Below are positions 1-10,283 of a stretch of 64,000 nucleotides of DNA, in pieces. The notes under the pieces are model-generated. The model was not told the origin of the DNA. It did no database searches and saw only the letters and a program-made list of their open reading frames with translations. Source of the stretch: Nemertoderma westbladi (lineage: Eukaryota; Animalia; Xenacoelomorpha); contig JAUCBJ010002853.1 of assembly GCA_032718475.1 (NCBI GenBank), positions 60,724 to 124,723 of the forward strand, written 5' to 3'. The translations under genes and the position numbers were made by a program. Position 1 is the first letter of the stretch; every line of letters begins with the position of its first letter.

Positions 1-504
1 GGGGATAATTTCCATCAACTGCTGTTCTGTTTCTTTCACATTCTGAGCCCTTACCAAGCCCAAACGATTAGCCACCCGAAACACATGGGTATCGACTGCA
101 ATCACAGCCTTCCCAAACGCCACACTCAGTATCACATTAGCCGTTTTTCTACCTACACCGGGTAGTGCTTCCAATGCCTCGCGCTGATCGGGCACTGCCC
201 CATCATGTTTTTCAAGCAAAATTTGAGAACTCTGGTAAACATAACGGGCTTTATTATGGTAATAATTAATGGTCACAATAAATTGCTTAATCCCCTCAAT
301 CCCTAAACCCACCATCTGTTTGGGGGTACTGGCCACCTTAAATAAATCCTTGGTTGCTTTATTAACCGAAACATCAGTGGTTTGGGCTGAAAGCATCACC
401 GCCACCAATAATTCAAAATGATTGCTGTAGATAAGCTCAGTCACCGGCTTGGGCATATTTTTGCTAAAATAGGAAAAAATTTTCTCAAGTATTGCCAATT
501 CCAT
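1..504 (-). CDS. nth: Endonuclease III (3' end runs off window)
   Basis: Hand translation MELAILEKIFSYFSKNMPKPVTELIYSNHFELLVAVMLSAQTTDVSVNKAT, with HhH motif LPGVGRKTANV and IAVDTHVFRV; not in ORF track because truncated. Confidence 0.95.
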   Translation of the reverse strand, partial: MELAILEKIFSYFSKNMPKPVTELIYSNHFELLVAVMLSAQTTDVSVNKATKDLFKVASTPKQMVGLGIEGIKQFIVTINYYHNKARYVYQSSQILLEKHDGAVPDQREALEALPGVGRKTANVILSVAFGKAVIAVDTHVFRVANRLGLVRAQNVKETEQQLMEIIP

Positions 505-561
505 ATAACCTCCCTACCATATGATTAAACAACCCAGCTTACTCATCCACTGAACAATCTC

Positions 562-1674
562 ATGCGCTCAACCGCTTCTCATCATGGCCATTTACATTGG
601 ATGCAGAAAGCCATCTCACTTGCCAAACAAGGCTATAATAACACCTATCCCAACCCCCGTGTGGGTTGTGTTATTGTGAAAAACAACCGCCCTCTTGGCC
701 AAGGTTACCATCAATATGCAGGTGGCCCCCATGCTGAAATTAGCGCCATTAACCACACATTGAAAAACGGTGAAAGCCTAAAAAACGCCACACTATACGT
801 TACATTAGAACCCTGCTGCCACACCGGCAAAACCCTGCCCTGCACGCAGACTATTATTCAAACAGGCATTCAAACCGTTGTGATCGGCCACACTGACCCA
901 TCCAGCCACGCTAATCAAAAAGGGATTTACCAATTAAAACAAGCCGGCATTGAGGTGATTAAAAACATTTGTGAATCAGATGCAAAAGCCCTAAATTTTG
1001 GTTTTTTAAAACGCCTAAAAATAAACACCCCCTGGTTTTGCGCCAAAACCGCCGCCACCCTTAATGGTGCGTTTACCCATCATAACCAACCGATCACCAA
1101 CCAAAAAGCACGAGAACACATCCACAAGCTGCGTGCTAGAACCAACGCCATACTTACCACCAGCCAAACCATCATCGCTGATAACCCTAGGTTTAATATC
1201 AGGCTGCCTAACACCAATGAGTTTGAACACTTCAAACAACCCCAACTGATCATCCTAGACACTCACAACCGTATCACCCCCAAGCACCAAATATTTAACA
1301 CCCAGCGGCCTGTGCTCATTTTTAGCAAAGCCCCTCCAAAGGCGATTTACTCTAATGAAGTAACCCACAAAACCATTCCCCAAAATGCTGATGGCAAACT
1401 GTGTTGGCCCACAATATTTGAGCACATCAAAGACCAAAAAATAGATGAGGTGATGGTTGAATCAGGCCCCACTTTATTACATACCCTATTGTCACACGTA
1501 CACATTGATGAGTGGTGGTATTACCTAGCCCCCGATTGGATTGACGATGGCCTGTCTTTTTTAAACAGCCCCTTAAACGGCCAAACACCTCAGCACACCG
1601 CGTTTCAAATATACGACATCCAATTCATTGACAACAACCTGCTTATTCAACTGATTAAACAAGGCACAATTTAG
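562..1674 (+). CDS. ribD: Bifunctional riboflavin biosynthesis deaminase/reductase
   Basis: PNPRVGCVIV, HAE, TLEPCCH..PC zinc motifs plus C-terminal reductase domain. Confidence 0.95.
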   Translation: MRSTASHHGHLHWMQKAISLAKQGYNNTYPNPRVGCVIVKNNRPLGQGYHQYAGGPHAEISAINHTLKNGESLKNATLYVTLEPCCHTGKTLPCTQTIIQTGIQTVVIGHTDPSSHANQKGIYQLKQAGIEVIKNICESDAKALNFGFLKRLKINTPWFCAKTAATLNGAFTHHNQPITNQKAREHIHKLRARTNAILTTSQTIIADNPRFNIRLPNTNEFEHFKQPQLIILDTHNRITPKHQIFNTQRPVLIFSKAPPKAIYSNEVTHKTIPQNADGKLCWPTIFEHIKDQKIDEVMVESGPTLLHTLLSHVHIDEWWYYLAPDWIDDGLSFLNSPLNGQTPQHTAFQIYDIQFIDNNLLIQLIKQGTI

Positions 1675-1676
1675 CT

Positions 1677-2270
1677 ATGTTCACCGGCATTATTAATCAC
1701 CAAGGCATCGTACAAACCATCCAACACCAACACACTCAGTGGCTAATCAAAACCACTCTCACACCTAAATTTGGTGAAAGCATTAGCGTTAACGGCATGT
1801 GCTTAACAAATAGTAAACTTGAAAAAACAGGTTTTTGGGTGGACATCTCCCCTGAAACACTAGCCAAAACAACGGCGAAATTGATCACTGAGCAATCAGT
1901 GGTTAACCTTGAACCTGCCCTTAAAATGGGGGACAAATTGGGCGGACATTGGGTCAGTGGGCATATTGATGATATAGGCTATGTTGAATCGATCACCCCT
2001 TATGATCAATTCAGCCAATGGGTATTTACAATACCCCAACCTTTAATGTGTTATGTTGTAAAAAAAGGCTCTATCACCATTGATGGGATCAGCCTCACAG
2101 TAAACAGCACCACACACAAAACTCTAACGTGTATGATCATCCCCCACACCCTTAAGCACACCAACCTTAACACTAAAAAAACAGGGGATGCGGTTAATAT
2201 CGAAACTGATCTAATCGCCAAACACCTTGAAAAACTAAATCAACCTTACCACCATGAATCTAAACAATAA
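1677..2270 (+). CDS. ribE: Riboflavin synthase alpha chain
   Basis: MFTGII N-terminus, GGHWVSGHID, KGSITIDGISLTVN. Confidence 0.95.
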   Translation: MFTGIINHQGIVQTIQHQHTQWLIKTTLTPKFGESISVNGMCLTNSKLEKTGFWVDISPETLAKTTAKLITEQSVVNLEPALKMGDKLGGHWVSGHIDDIGYVESITPYDQFSQWVFTIPQPLMCYVVKKGSITIDGISLTVNSTTHKTLTCMIIPHTLKHTNLNTKKTGDAVNIETDLIAKHLEKLNQPYHHESKQ

Positions 2271-3375
2271 CCTATTTAACACCACCCAAGCCTTAATTGA
2301 TGACTATGCACAAGGCAAAATGGTCATCTTATTAGATGACGAGAACCGTGAGAATGAAGGCGACCTTATGATAGCGGCTGAAAAAATAACTCCTGAGGCT
2401 ATTAATTTCATGGCGCAATACGGACGTGGGCTTATTTGTTTAACACTTACACAATCTTGCTGCCAACAACTCAATCTCCCCTTGATGGTCAAACATCAGA
2501 ACCTAGAAAGCCATCACACCAACTTCACCCTTTCAATCGATGCGGCCCAAAACATCACCACTGGTATCTCAGCTACTGATCGGGCTACTACCATCCAATG
2601 CGCTGTGGCTAAAAATGCCAAGCCAAGCGATATTGTTCAACCCGGCCACATCTTCCCCCTTCAAGCCAACCAACACGGGGTGCTACAACGTGCTGGGCAC
2701 ACGGAAGCGGGTTGCGATTTAGCCAAATTAGCTAGCTTTGAACCCGCCTCTGTCATTGTGGAGATTCTAAACCCCGATGGCAGCATGGCCAGACGAGACG
2801 ACCTAATCCAATTTGCCAAAACCAAGGGCTTAAAAATTGGTAGCATTGCCGATTTAATTAAATACCGACTCACCCATGAAAGCACCATCGAACTTTTACA
2901 AACTCGCCCCCTACCGACCCCATTTGGCCAATTCACCCTTAAAAGTTTTATTGATAAAATAAATGGTCAAACCCACCTTGCCCTTGTTTGTGGCACACTG
3001 AAGGCTACCACCCCCACTTTGGTGCGCGTGCATATACATGAGCCGTTAAGCGATCTTTTTAACACCCCGCTGATTGAACGACATATTACTTTGCGCCAAG
3101 CCCTAAAAACGATTGGCAGCCACCCCCAGGCGGTGCTGATTATGCTAAACAACCCCCCCAATATTTTAGACACCATTGAGAAACTCCCCACCACCCAACA
3201 ACCCAACACCGTGCCCATTCATCCCCACATTGACGATGCCCAAACCTATGGAATAGGTGCGCAGATACTGAACCAACTGGGCGTAGAGAAAATTAAAATT
3301 TTAGGAACCAAGCGCCCCTTTCGTGCCCTTTCAGGTTTTCATTTAGAGATTGTGGGGTATGAGGGTGTTAAATGA
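2254..3375 (+). CDS. ribBA: DHBP synthase / GTP cyclohydrolase II-like fusion
   Basis: DDENRENEGD, TTGISATDR, PGHIFPL, RAGHTEA; C-terminal cyclohydrolase-like domain lacks the zinc Cys motif. Confidence 0.92.
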   Translation: MNLNNNLFNTTQALIDDYAQGKMVILLDDENRENEGDLMIAAEKITPEAINFMAQYGRGLICLTLTQSCCQQLNLPLMVKHQNLESHHTNFTLSIDAAQNITTGISATDRATTIQCAVAKNAKPSDIVQPGHIFPLQANQHGVLQRAGHTEAGCDLAKLASFEPASVIVEILNPDGSMARRDDLIQFAKTKGLKIGSIADLIKYRLTHESTIELLQTRPLPTPFGQFTLKSFIDKINGQTHLALVCGTLKATTPTLVRVHIHEPLSDLFNTPLIERHITLRQALKTIGSHPQAVLIMLNNPPNILDTIEKLPTTQQPNTVPIHPHIDDAQTYGIGAQILNQLGVEKIKILGTKRPFRALSGFHLEIVGYEGVK

Positions 3376-4258
3376 TGAAGGTAGGTGTGAAAATATACTA
3401 GATGAAGCACGGATAGAAGCGTTAGAGAAAAAACAGGGCAAAAAATTTGACCATGTTTTTAATACCCAAAAAGAAATTGATAAATTTATAAATAAAACGA
3501 ATTCATACGCATCTTTTAAAGAATGCTGCTTTAACTGTGATTTTAATTTTCCATCTAGGGTTAACCCTCGAGTAACACCCTACATGGAATTTATTCGAAA
3601 TACTTTTGTAGGCAAAGTGATATTTCGAGAAAATCGTTGTATAAATTCGTTATTTAGCGAAGTAATATTTAAAGAATTAGCAAATTTTAGCCACTGCACT
3701 TTCTGCGAACGGACAAGTTTTGATAACGTCCATTTTAAAGAATTAAATTTCTTAAACATAAAATTCCCTGCCTCCTTTACATTTAAAAACATCACCATTG
3801 AAAAAGCTGATCGGGAAACCTTCCAAAACCTCAAGCACGAACTCAAAAAACAAAACAACCAAATTGATGCCTTAAAATATCATGCCAGAGAAATGGCAGC
3901 TTATGAAAAAACCTTAAAACTTTTTAAAAACCCTAGCGATAAACTCATCTTTTGGCTAAACAAATGGTCAAACAACCACGGCTTAAGCTGGCTTCAGGGC
4001 GTGTTTTTCACAGTATTGCTAGGGGCTGTATTTTTTACTGCTGAACTCCTATTATTTGCTGACCTTTCAAACAACTGGCAACATTTCCCGAAATTTTTAT
4101 TGCCCTTTGAATCACTAAACACTTTAATAAGCCCTGATACTTTAATAAGCACTGGGGAACAATTTTTTTATTACCTGCTAGAGGCTTTTCGCTGCATTGG
4201 GTTGGCGTATGGGATTTACCAAACCATTTTTGCCTTTCGTAAATTTTACCGTGCTTAA
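3350..4258 (+). CDS. Hypothetical AT-rich membrane protein with pentapeptide-like F-x4 repeats (start uncertain)
   Basis: 302-aa ORF; FSEVIFKELANFSHCTF..TSFDNVHF repeats; SNNHGLSW followed by hydrophobic helices. Confidence 0.6.
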   Translation: MWGMRVLNDEGRCENILDEARIEALEKKQGKKFDHVFNTQKEIDKFINKTNSYASFKECCFNCDFNFPSRVNPRVTPYMEFIRNTFVGKVIFRENRCINSLFSEVIFKELANFSHCTFCERTSFDNVHFKELNFLNIKFPASFTFKNITIEKADRETFQNLKHELKKQNNQIDALKYHAREMAAYEKTLKLFKNPSDKLIFWLNKWSNNHGLSWLQGVFFTVLLGAVFFTAELLLFADLSNNWQHFPKFLLPFESLNTLISPDTLISTGEQFFYYLLEAFRCIGLAYGIYQTIFAFRKFYRA

Positions 4259-4259
4259 A

Positions 4260-5786
4260 ATGGATAACGCCTTCATGCCTTCTAACCGCCTTGCTATTTT
4301 AAGCAACTTTCAGGCCAAACAGGCCGATCAGCACACCATTTCAAGTGGCATTTCAGGCACTAGCTTGATGCAAAATGCGGCAACCGCCCTTTTTTTTATC
4401 ATCCAAACGATGCAAGCGGCCAAAGGCGCTATTTTAGTTTTAACAGGGCCTGGCAATAACGGGGGTGATGGCTTTGCTTTGGCACTGCTTTTAAAAAAGC
4501 ATGGCTTTTGTGTCACCGTTTCAAGCGGTTTTGCCGCTGAAAAACTGCCGCCCGATGCCGCCTTTTTTGCCCAGCAATACCAAAAACAATATGGCGCTGT
4601 CTTACCCCTTGAAGCTACAAAAATTAATAATTACAGCTTGATTGTTGATGGTATTTTTGGCGCAGGGCTTAATAAAATCTTGCCCACCGTCTTGATCAAC
4701 ACCATTGAAAAAATAAATGCCCTAAACACCCCTGTCGTGGCCATTGACCTACCCACCGGTGTCAGTAGTGATACAGGTCAGGTGATGGGGGCAGCAATTG
4801 AGTGCGTGATGAGTGTAACCTTCTCTAACCCAAAAATAGGGCATGTGTTATGCCCAGGGGCTGATTATTGTGGAGAAATTATTACAAAGCCGATTGGTAT
4901 TTTAGATGAGTCCATCAAATATGCCCAACCTAACATGTGGGTCAACCACCCACGACTGTGGCAAACAAGTATGCCTAAGATTGATACAAAAACTCATAAA
5001 TACAGTCGCGGCGTTACCTCAATCATTGGGGCAAAAACCCTAACTGGGGCGAGCATTTTAGCGGCCAAAACAGCTATTTATTCAGGCAGTGGTTTGGTGC
5101 GGGTGTTTTGCCCAGCATCTGCCCACGCTATTTACCAGCAGCACCTCCCTGAAGTGGTGCTTCACCCGTTTGATTCAATTGATCAGTTTTGTGAATTACT
5201 CAGCACCCAAAAGATACAGGCACTTTTAATAGGCCCTGGGCTTTTAGAGGCTAATGATTACCTTGATATGTTGATCAACCAACTAAAAACAGACACACCT
5301 CAACTGGTGATCGATGCCTCCATGTTAGGCGCGATTGCAAACCATCAAACGAACAGAGATGGGGGAAATGGTGTGGACAGTTTTTTCAAACTTTTCAAAA
5401 AACCTGCCATTTTAACCCCACATGTGGGTGAGTTTAAACGCCTGTTCCCTAAGTTGGACTTAAGCGATAAACGACAAGCGGTGAGCGAAGCTGCCAAGCA
5501 CTCAAACTGCGTGGTGGTGCTCAAAGGCTTTGATACCCTCATTGCCCACCCCAATGGAGGGGTTATTGTGAATACCCAAGGGTGTCAGTATTTATCCACA
5601 GCCGGCACGGGGGATGTGTTAGCGGGGTTGATCACAAGCCTTGGGGCACAAAACATGAACCCATTTTTAGCTTGTGCGGCGGCAACTTATTTGCACAACC
5701 AAGCGGGGCATTTTCTGGGCGCAAATTGCGTGGCAGGCAATTTACCCTATGCTATCTCAAACCTTCGCTCACGTTTTTACCTGTAG
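4260..5786 (+). CDS. nnr: Bifunctional NAD(P)H-hydrate epimerase/dehydratase
   Basis: GPGNNGGDG, DGIFGAGL, HKYSRG, LTPHVGEF, TAGTGDVLAG. Confidence 0.93.
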   Translation: MDNAFMPSNRLAILSNFQAKQADQHTISSGISGTSLMQNAATALFFIIQTMQAAKGAILVLTGPGNNGGDGFALALLLKKHGFCVTVSSGFAAEKLPPDAAFFAQQYQKQYGAVLPLEATKINNYSLIVDGIFGAGLNKILPTVLINTIEKINALNTPVVAIDLPTGVSSDTGQVMGAAIECVMSVTFSNPKIGHVLCPGADYCGEIITKPIGILDESIKYAQPNMWVNHPRLWQTSMPKIDTKTHKYSRGVTSIIGAKTLTGASILAAKTAIYSGSGLVRVFCPASAHAIYQQHLPEVVLHPFDSIDQFCELLSTQKIQALLIGPGLLEANDYLDMLINQLKTDTPQLVIDASMLGAIANHQTNRDGGNGVDSFFKLFKKPAILTPHVGEFKRLFPKLDLSDKRQAVSEAAKHSNCVVVLKGFDTLIAHPNGGVIVNTQGCQYLSTAGTGDVLAGLITSLGAQNMNPFLACAAATYLHNQAGHFLGANCVAGNLPYAISNLRSRFYL

Positions 5787-5795
5787 TTAATGGCC

Positions 5796-6653
5796 TTAAG
5801 CGGTGTTTTCAATAGAAAGTGATAAATCAATGGATTTTACATGCTTGGTAATGCCGCCGACTGAAATATAATCAATACCCTCAATTAAATAATCACCCAA
5901 ATTGCTTAACTTAATATTGCCACTGACTTCTAAATAACATTGGCCAGCGCATATACCAACCGCTTGTTTAATCATCTGAGGGGTGAAATTATCCAAAAGC
6001 AAGTGAGCAGGCAATAATTGGTGTTTGATCAGGGTGTTGATTTGCTCAAGCGAGTCGACTTCAATGATGAAGGCTTGCTTGGGGTAATGATCAAACGCCA
6101 GCTGTGCTACCTTTTGAATACCCCCTGCGGCGACAATGTGGTTATCTTTAATCATCAACTGTTCATGCAAACCAAAACGATGGTTTTTAGCCCCCCCTAA
6201 ACGGGTGGCATATTTTTGGGCATAACGCAGATTGGGAATGGTTTTTCGGGTATCTAACACCTGAATATGTGGGCTAAATTGTCTAACCTTCTCAATGTAC
6301 GTTTGAGTAGCTGTGGACACACCACTAATGAGTTGCAAAAAATTTAATGCCACGCGCTCGGCCCCTAAAAGGCTTGAAAGCGACCCACTGATATTGGCAA
6401 TGGTTTGTTTGGGCTTGATAAATTCGCCTTCTTTAAATTGCCAGTCAACACACACCCGTTTTGAAAGTTGCCTAAAGGATTGTTCAAACCAGTCAACACC
6501 TGCAAGCAACATGGGTTCAAAATTAATGAGTGTAGCACAAACAATATAATCGGTATTTTGAGTTAAACAACGGCTTAAATCATTCGATGCCCCATCTTCA
6601 ACGAGGGCATGCATAACGTCATGGCTGACAACTTGGTGATGGTTTATACTCAT
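5796..6653 (-). CDS. nadC: Quinolinate phosphoribosyltransferase
   Basis: ERVALNFLQ, DTRKTIP, NHRFGL, IKDNH, LLDNF. Confidence 0.95.
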   Translation of the reverse strand: MSINHHQVVSHDVMHALVEDGASNDLSRCLTQNTDYIVCATLINFEPMLLAGVDWFEQSFRQLSKRVCVDWQFKEGEFIKPKQTIANISGSLSSLLGAERVALNFLQLISGVSTATQTYIEKVRQFSPHIQVLDTRKTIPNLRYAQKYATRLGGAKNHRFGLHEQLMIKDNHIVAAGGIQKVAQLAFDHYPKQAFIIEVDSLEQINTLIKHQLLPAHLLLDNFTPQMIKQAVGICAGQCYLEVSGNIKLSNLGDYLIEGIDYISVGGITKHVKSIDLSLSIENTA

Positions 6654-6688
6654 TGATCATCATGGCTAAATTGCTGGCTTATTATTTT

Positions 6689-7186
6689 ATGATACATTTT
6701 ATCCTAGGGGGTATTTCATCAGGTAAAAGTGCGTATGCCGAAAGATTTGTTCAGCCCTTTTGTCCGATTGTTTACATCGCCACTGCGATACAAACCGATG
6801 ATCAAGCGTTTAATCAAAAAATTACTGAACACCAAAAAAGACGCCCCCCTGACTGGCAATTGATTGAGGCAGGTTTAAATTTAGCCAACATTATTGAAAA
6901 ATACCGCACACATTGTGTATTAATTGATTGCATCTCCCTTTGGTTAGTTCATGTGCTAGAAACTCAAAAACCGATTGAACCTTTTTTTGATCAACTTCAA
7001 AACGCCCTTGCCCAACACACAGGTTTGATTGTGATTGTCAGCAATGAAGTGGGTTTAGGCGGCATGGGGTATGCGCCCTTGATGCAGCAATTCCAAAAAC
7101 ACCTTGGCATTCTTAACCAACGCCTAGCCAAACAGGCTGATCGGGTGGATCACATAATCTGTGGCATCACCAACCGATTAAAATAA
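6689..7186 (+). CDS. cobU: Adenosylcobinamide kinase/guanylyltransferase
   Basis: GGISSGKS P-loop, YIATA, HQKRRP, VSNEVGLG. Confidence 0.92.
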   Translation: MIHFILGGISSGKSAYAERFVQPFCPIVYIATAIQTDDQAFNQKITEHQKRRPPDWQLIEAGLNLANIIEKYRTHCVLIDCISLWLVHVLETQKPIEPFFDQLQNALAQHTGLIVIVSNEVGLGGMGYAPLMQQFQKHLGILNQRLAKQADRVDHIICGITNRLK

Positions 7187-8241
7187 TGAAAAACATCGTT
7201 GATTATTTAACTAAATTACACATTCAAGCACCGAGCGCTTTGTATGAAAAAAAAGCGCAATCACAGCTTAATTCACTTACCAAACCCCAAGGCGCTTTGG
7301 GGCAGCTAGAGTGCATTGCCAAACAAATTTGTGCCCTGCAACACACCATCAAACCATGTGTGACGCCCATTTTTATTAGCGTTTTTGCAGGTGAACATGG
7401 GGTGGCTAAACAAGGCGTTTCAGCCTATCCGCAAAGCGTGACCACACAAATGGTAGAAAATTTTTGTGGTGGTGGTGCAGCCATTAATGTGTTGGCTAAA
7501 AAATTAAATGCTGAATTTGAAGTGGCGCAACTTGCTGGCATAACACAGGCCAAAACCCACCCCAAACTTATTGGTAATTGGATTTGTGAGCAAACAGGCG
7601 ATGCCAGCCAAACAAATGCGATGAATACCCAACAATTAGACCAAGCATTTTGTGCAGGCATTGAAGCCGCTAATCGCGCAAAGAAAAAGGGGGCTAAAAC
7701 CTTTATTGGCGGGGAGATGGGCATTGGCAATACCACCATTGCCTCAGCCCTTTGTTGTTTATTAACTGGCCACACCCCTGAGCAAATGACAGGGCATGGA
7801 ACAGGTATTGATGAGAAAATTTTGCAAAAAAAAATACAAATTATCAAAAAAATTATCAAACGCCATGGGGGTAAATCATTGATTGAAACACTTCAAGGCA
7901 GCGGCGGGTTTGAGATTTTAGCCCTTACAGCAGCCTACATTCAAGCGGCTCACCTAAATTTTTTGGTACTTGTCGACGGCTTTATTGCAAGCACGGCCGC
8001 CTTGATTGCTACAAAGATAAACCCCGCGGTTCGGCCATTTTTATTATTCTCACATACCTCTCCTGAAACAGGTTTTCAATTATTAAGCCAATACCTTCAA
8101 GCCAAACCACTGTTGGATTTAGCCATGCGATTGGGTGAGGGAACAGGCGCAACGCTAAGCATGCCTATCATCCAAAGTGCTGTTGATTTATTTAACCAAA
8201 TGGCATCCTTTGAGCAAGCAGGGGTCGATGAAAAAACTTAA
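7186..8241 (+). CDS. cobT: Nicotinate-nucleotide:dimethylbenzimidazole phosphoribosyltransferase
   Basis: LTKPQGALGQLE, GEMGIGNTT, MRLGEGTGA. Confidence 0.95.
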   Translation: MKNIVDYLTKLHIQAPSALYEKKAQSQLNSLTKPQGALGQLECIAKQICALQHTIKPCVTPIFISVFAGEHGVAKQGVSAYPQSVTTQMVENFCGGGAAINVLAKKLNAEFEVAQLAGITQAKTHPKLIGNWICEQTGDASQTNAMNTQQLDQAFCAGIEAANRAKKKGAKTFIGGEMGIGNTTIASALCCLLTGHTPEQMTGHGTGIDEKILQKKIQIIKKIIKRHGGKSLIETLQGSGGFEILALTAAYIQAAHLNFLVLVDGFIASTAALIATKINPAVRPFLLFSHTSPETGFQLLSQYLQAKPLLDLAMRLGEGTGATLSMPIIQSAVDLFNQMASFEQAGVDEKT

Positions 8242-8857
8242 TTCACATTCATTAATCATTGATTTAATGCGCCATGGAGCGCCTGTGGGGGGCTTGCGGT
8301 TTCGGGGCAAGCTAGACGACCCCTTAACAGATGAAGGTTTTTTGCAAATGCAAAAAACGATTGATCATTTTTCCAAAAAGCCTTGGTCGGCGATTTACAG
8401 CTCACCCTTGAAGCGCTGCTGCGCCTTTGCCCAGCATATGAGCCAACAAAAAAATATTAAACTGATTAAAGCGCCACAAATTCAAGAAATTGATTTTGGC
8501 CAGTGGGAGGGTAAAACATCTGAGCAAATTTATGCAACTGATCGGGTGAGTTTAACGCAGTTTTGGTCTGACCCTGTGTGTTTCTATCCCAAGGGGGGTG
8601 AGCCTTTGGTGGTGTTTAAAAAGCGAATTGAAAGTTTTATGCAAACACTGATTCAAAAACACCAAGATGATCGAATTTTGTTGGTAACCCACAGTGGTGT
8701 GATTAAAATGATGCTAGCACTTGCATTAGGGTTACCAATGAATAATTTATACCGATTAAAGATTGATTTTGCTCATTTGGCACAGCTTGAATACTTTTAT
8801 GAGGGTGAAGTTTTTTTACTCAAAGCATTCAATACCCAGCGCTTTAGCCATGAATAA
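8228..8857 (+). CDS. cobC: Alpha-ribazole phosphatase (histidine phosphatase family)
   Basis: RHG motif, SSPLKRC, EIDFGQWEG, VTHSGVI; lies between cobT and cobS. Confidence 0.85.
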   Translation: MKKLNSHSLIIDLMRHGAPVGGLRFRGKLDDPLTDEGFLQMQKTIDHFSKKPWSAIYSSPLKRCCAFAQHMSQQKNIKLIKAPQIQEIDFGQWEGKTSEQIYATDRVSLTQFWSDPVCFYPKGGEPLVVFKKRIESFMQTLIQKHQDDRILLVTHSGVIKMMLALALGLPMNNLYRLKIDFAHLAQLEYFYEGEVFLLKAFNTQRFSHE

Positions 8858-9581
8858 AAAACTGTTCTGGTCGCTTATGATTGCTTTAAGGCTTTTAACG
8901 ATTCTACCCGTACCTGACCCAACAAAGCACAGTGACCCACAAACGATTGGGTTATCGGTTCTTTTTTACCCAGTTGCTGGTCTTTTAATCGGTGTATTGT
9001 TATTTTTAGGTGCGACTCTTTTGTACAACACGCCCCCGATTTTATCAGGCAGTTTATTGTTGGCGTTGTGGTGTTTTTTAACAGGTGGACTACATTTAGA
9101 CGGCTACATTGATACAACAGATGCCTACTTAAGTCAGCAAACAGATCGTACAACTGTTCAAAACATTATGCGTGACCCCCATGTGGGGGGGCTTTCGGTG
9201 GTGGCAGTGGTATTACTTTTAATGGTTAAATATGCCGGTATTTATGGGCTGCTTCTTAATCCCTTCTATTTGGTTATCATCCCTTTTTTATCACGCGGCT
9301 TGCTAGTGGGCTTGATTACCTATTTACCCTACAAACAATCAAGTGGAATGGGGCAAGTAGCCTACACCCACCTGCCCAAAGCCTTTGTGCCTTATGTATT
9401 GGGCGTGACAGTTGTGGTAATGGTTTTAACACTTGGGTTATTAAAAGCCTTGGTTTTGGGGCTGTTGATTTATCTGTTATGCCAAAAAATTATGCAGTGG
9501 TTGGGGCATGCAACGGGGGATGTGTACGGGTTTTTTGTGGAGGTTATTGAGGTGTTGCTTTTGGTTTTAATTAGTATTTAA
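8850..9581 (+). CDS. cobS: Cobalamin (adenosylcobinamide-GDP ribazoletransferase) synthase
   Basis: TGGLHLDG..DT.D, IMRDPHVG, TGDVYG; multi-TM. Confidence 0.93.
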   Translation: MNKKLFWSLMIALRLLTILPVPDPTKHSDPQTIGLSVLFYPVAGLLIGVLLFLGATLLYNTPPILSGSLLLALWCFLTGGLHLDGYIDTTDAYLSQQTDRTTVQNIMRDPHVGGLSVVAVVLLLMVKYAGIYGLLLNPFYLVIIPFLSRGLLVGLITYLPYKQSSGMGQVAYTHLPKAFVPYVLGVTVVVMVLTLGLLKALVLGLLIYLLCQKIMQWLGHATGDVYGFFVEVIEVLLLVLISI

Positions 9582-9997
9582 ACAGGTCGAAGTACTACCA
9601 TTGAGATGATTACCACCAAAGGTATCAACGGTATTTCGTTTAAAATTCGGTAAAATATATGGCTGTGTTGGTTGGTATCTTGCCGAAATTGCTTGATTAA
9701 AAAGCCACAGTAAAGCTGAATGATAATTAGCAAAGCAACCATGCCCATTTTAATGTGAATCCACAGTGGCCAAGGCAGTGCATAAAAATCAAGCATGCCA
9801 AGCCCTGCGATGATTGAAATAATCATCGCTGGTGTCATAATGCCGTGATACAGTTTGCGCTCCATAATTTTAAAGCGTTCTAAACTGATTTTATCTGTTG
9901 CCATGGCGTGGTACACAAAAAGCCTAGGTAGGTATAAAAGCCCGGCAAACCAGCTAATAACAAAGATAAGGTGAATTATTTTTAGGGTTTCAAACAT
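9578..9997 (-). CDS. hemJ: Protoporphyrinogen oxidase HemJ (CopD family)
   Basis: HLIFVISWFAGLLYLPRLFVYH, MERKLY, NEIP. Confidence 0.9.
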   Translation of the reverse strand: MFETLKIIHLIFVISWFAGLLYLPRLFVYHAMATDKISLERFKIMERKLYHGIMTPAMIISIIAGLGMLDFYALPWPLWIHIKMGMVALLIIIQLYCGFLIKQFRQDTNQHSHIFYRILNEIPLIPLVVIISMVVLRPV

Positions 9998-10283
9998 CTA
10001 CATCGCGGATTAAAAATCAGTTGAAAGTATAAGGCAATACTTAGCAATTGATAAGGGAGAATTCAAATGGTTGATTGATCTTTCATATACATGAAATCGG
10101 CAAGACGATGGTCGCTTCAATATTCATCCCTGTGTAAGTTGTGATTTGAAATGAAAAATACTCAAAAAAATCGCTGTTATTTTTTAGCGTGTTTGGGTTT
10201 AGAGTGTGTTTAAGTGCTTTTAAAATTTTAATTTTCTTTATCCTATCTACAAATTTAAACTGCTTTTCATTAAATAACCACTC

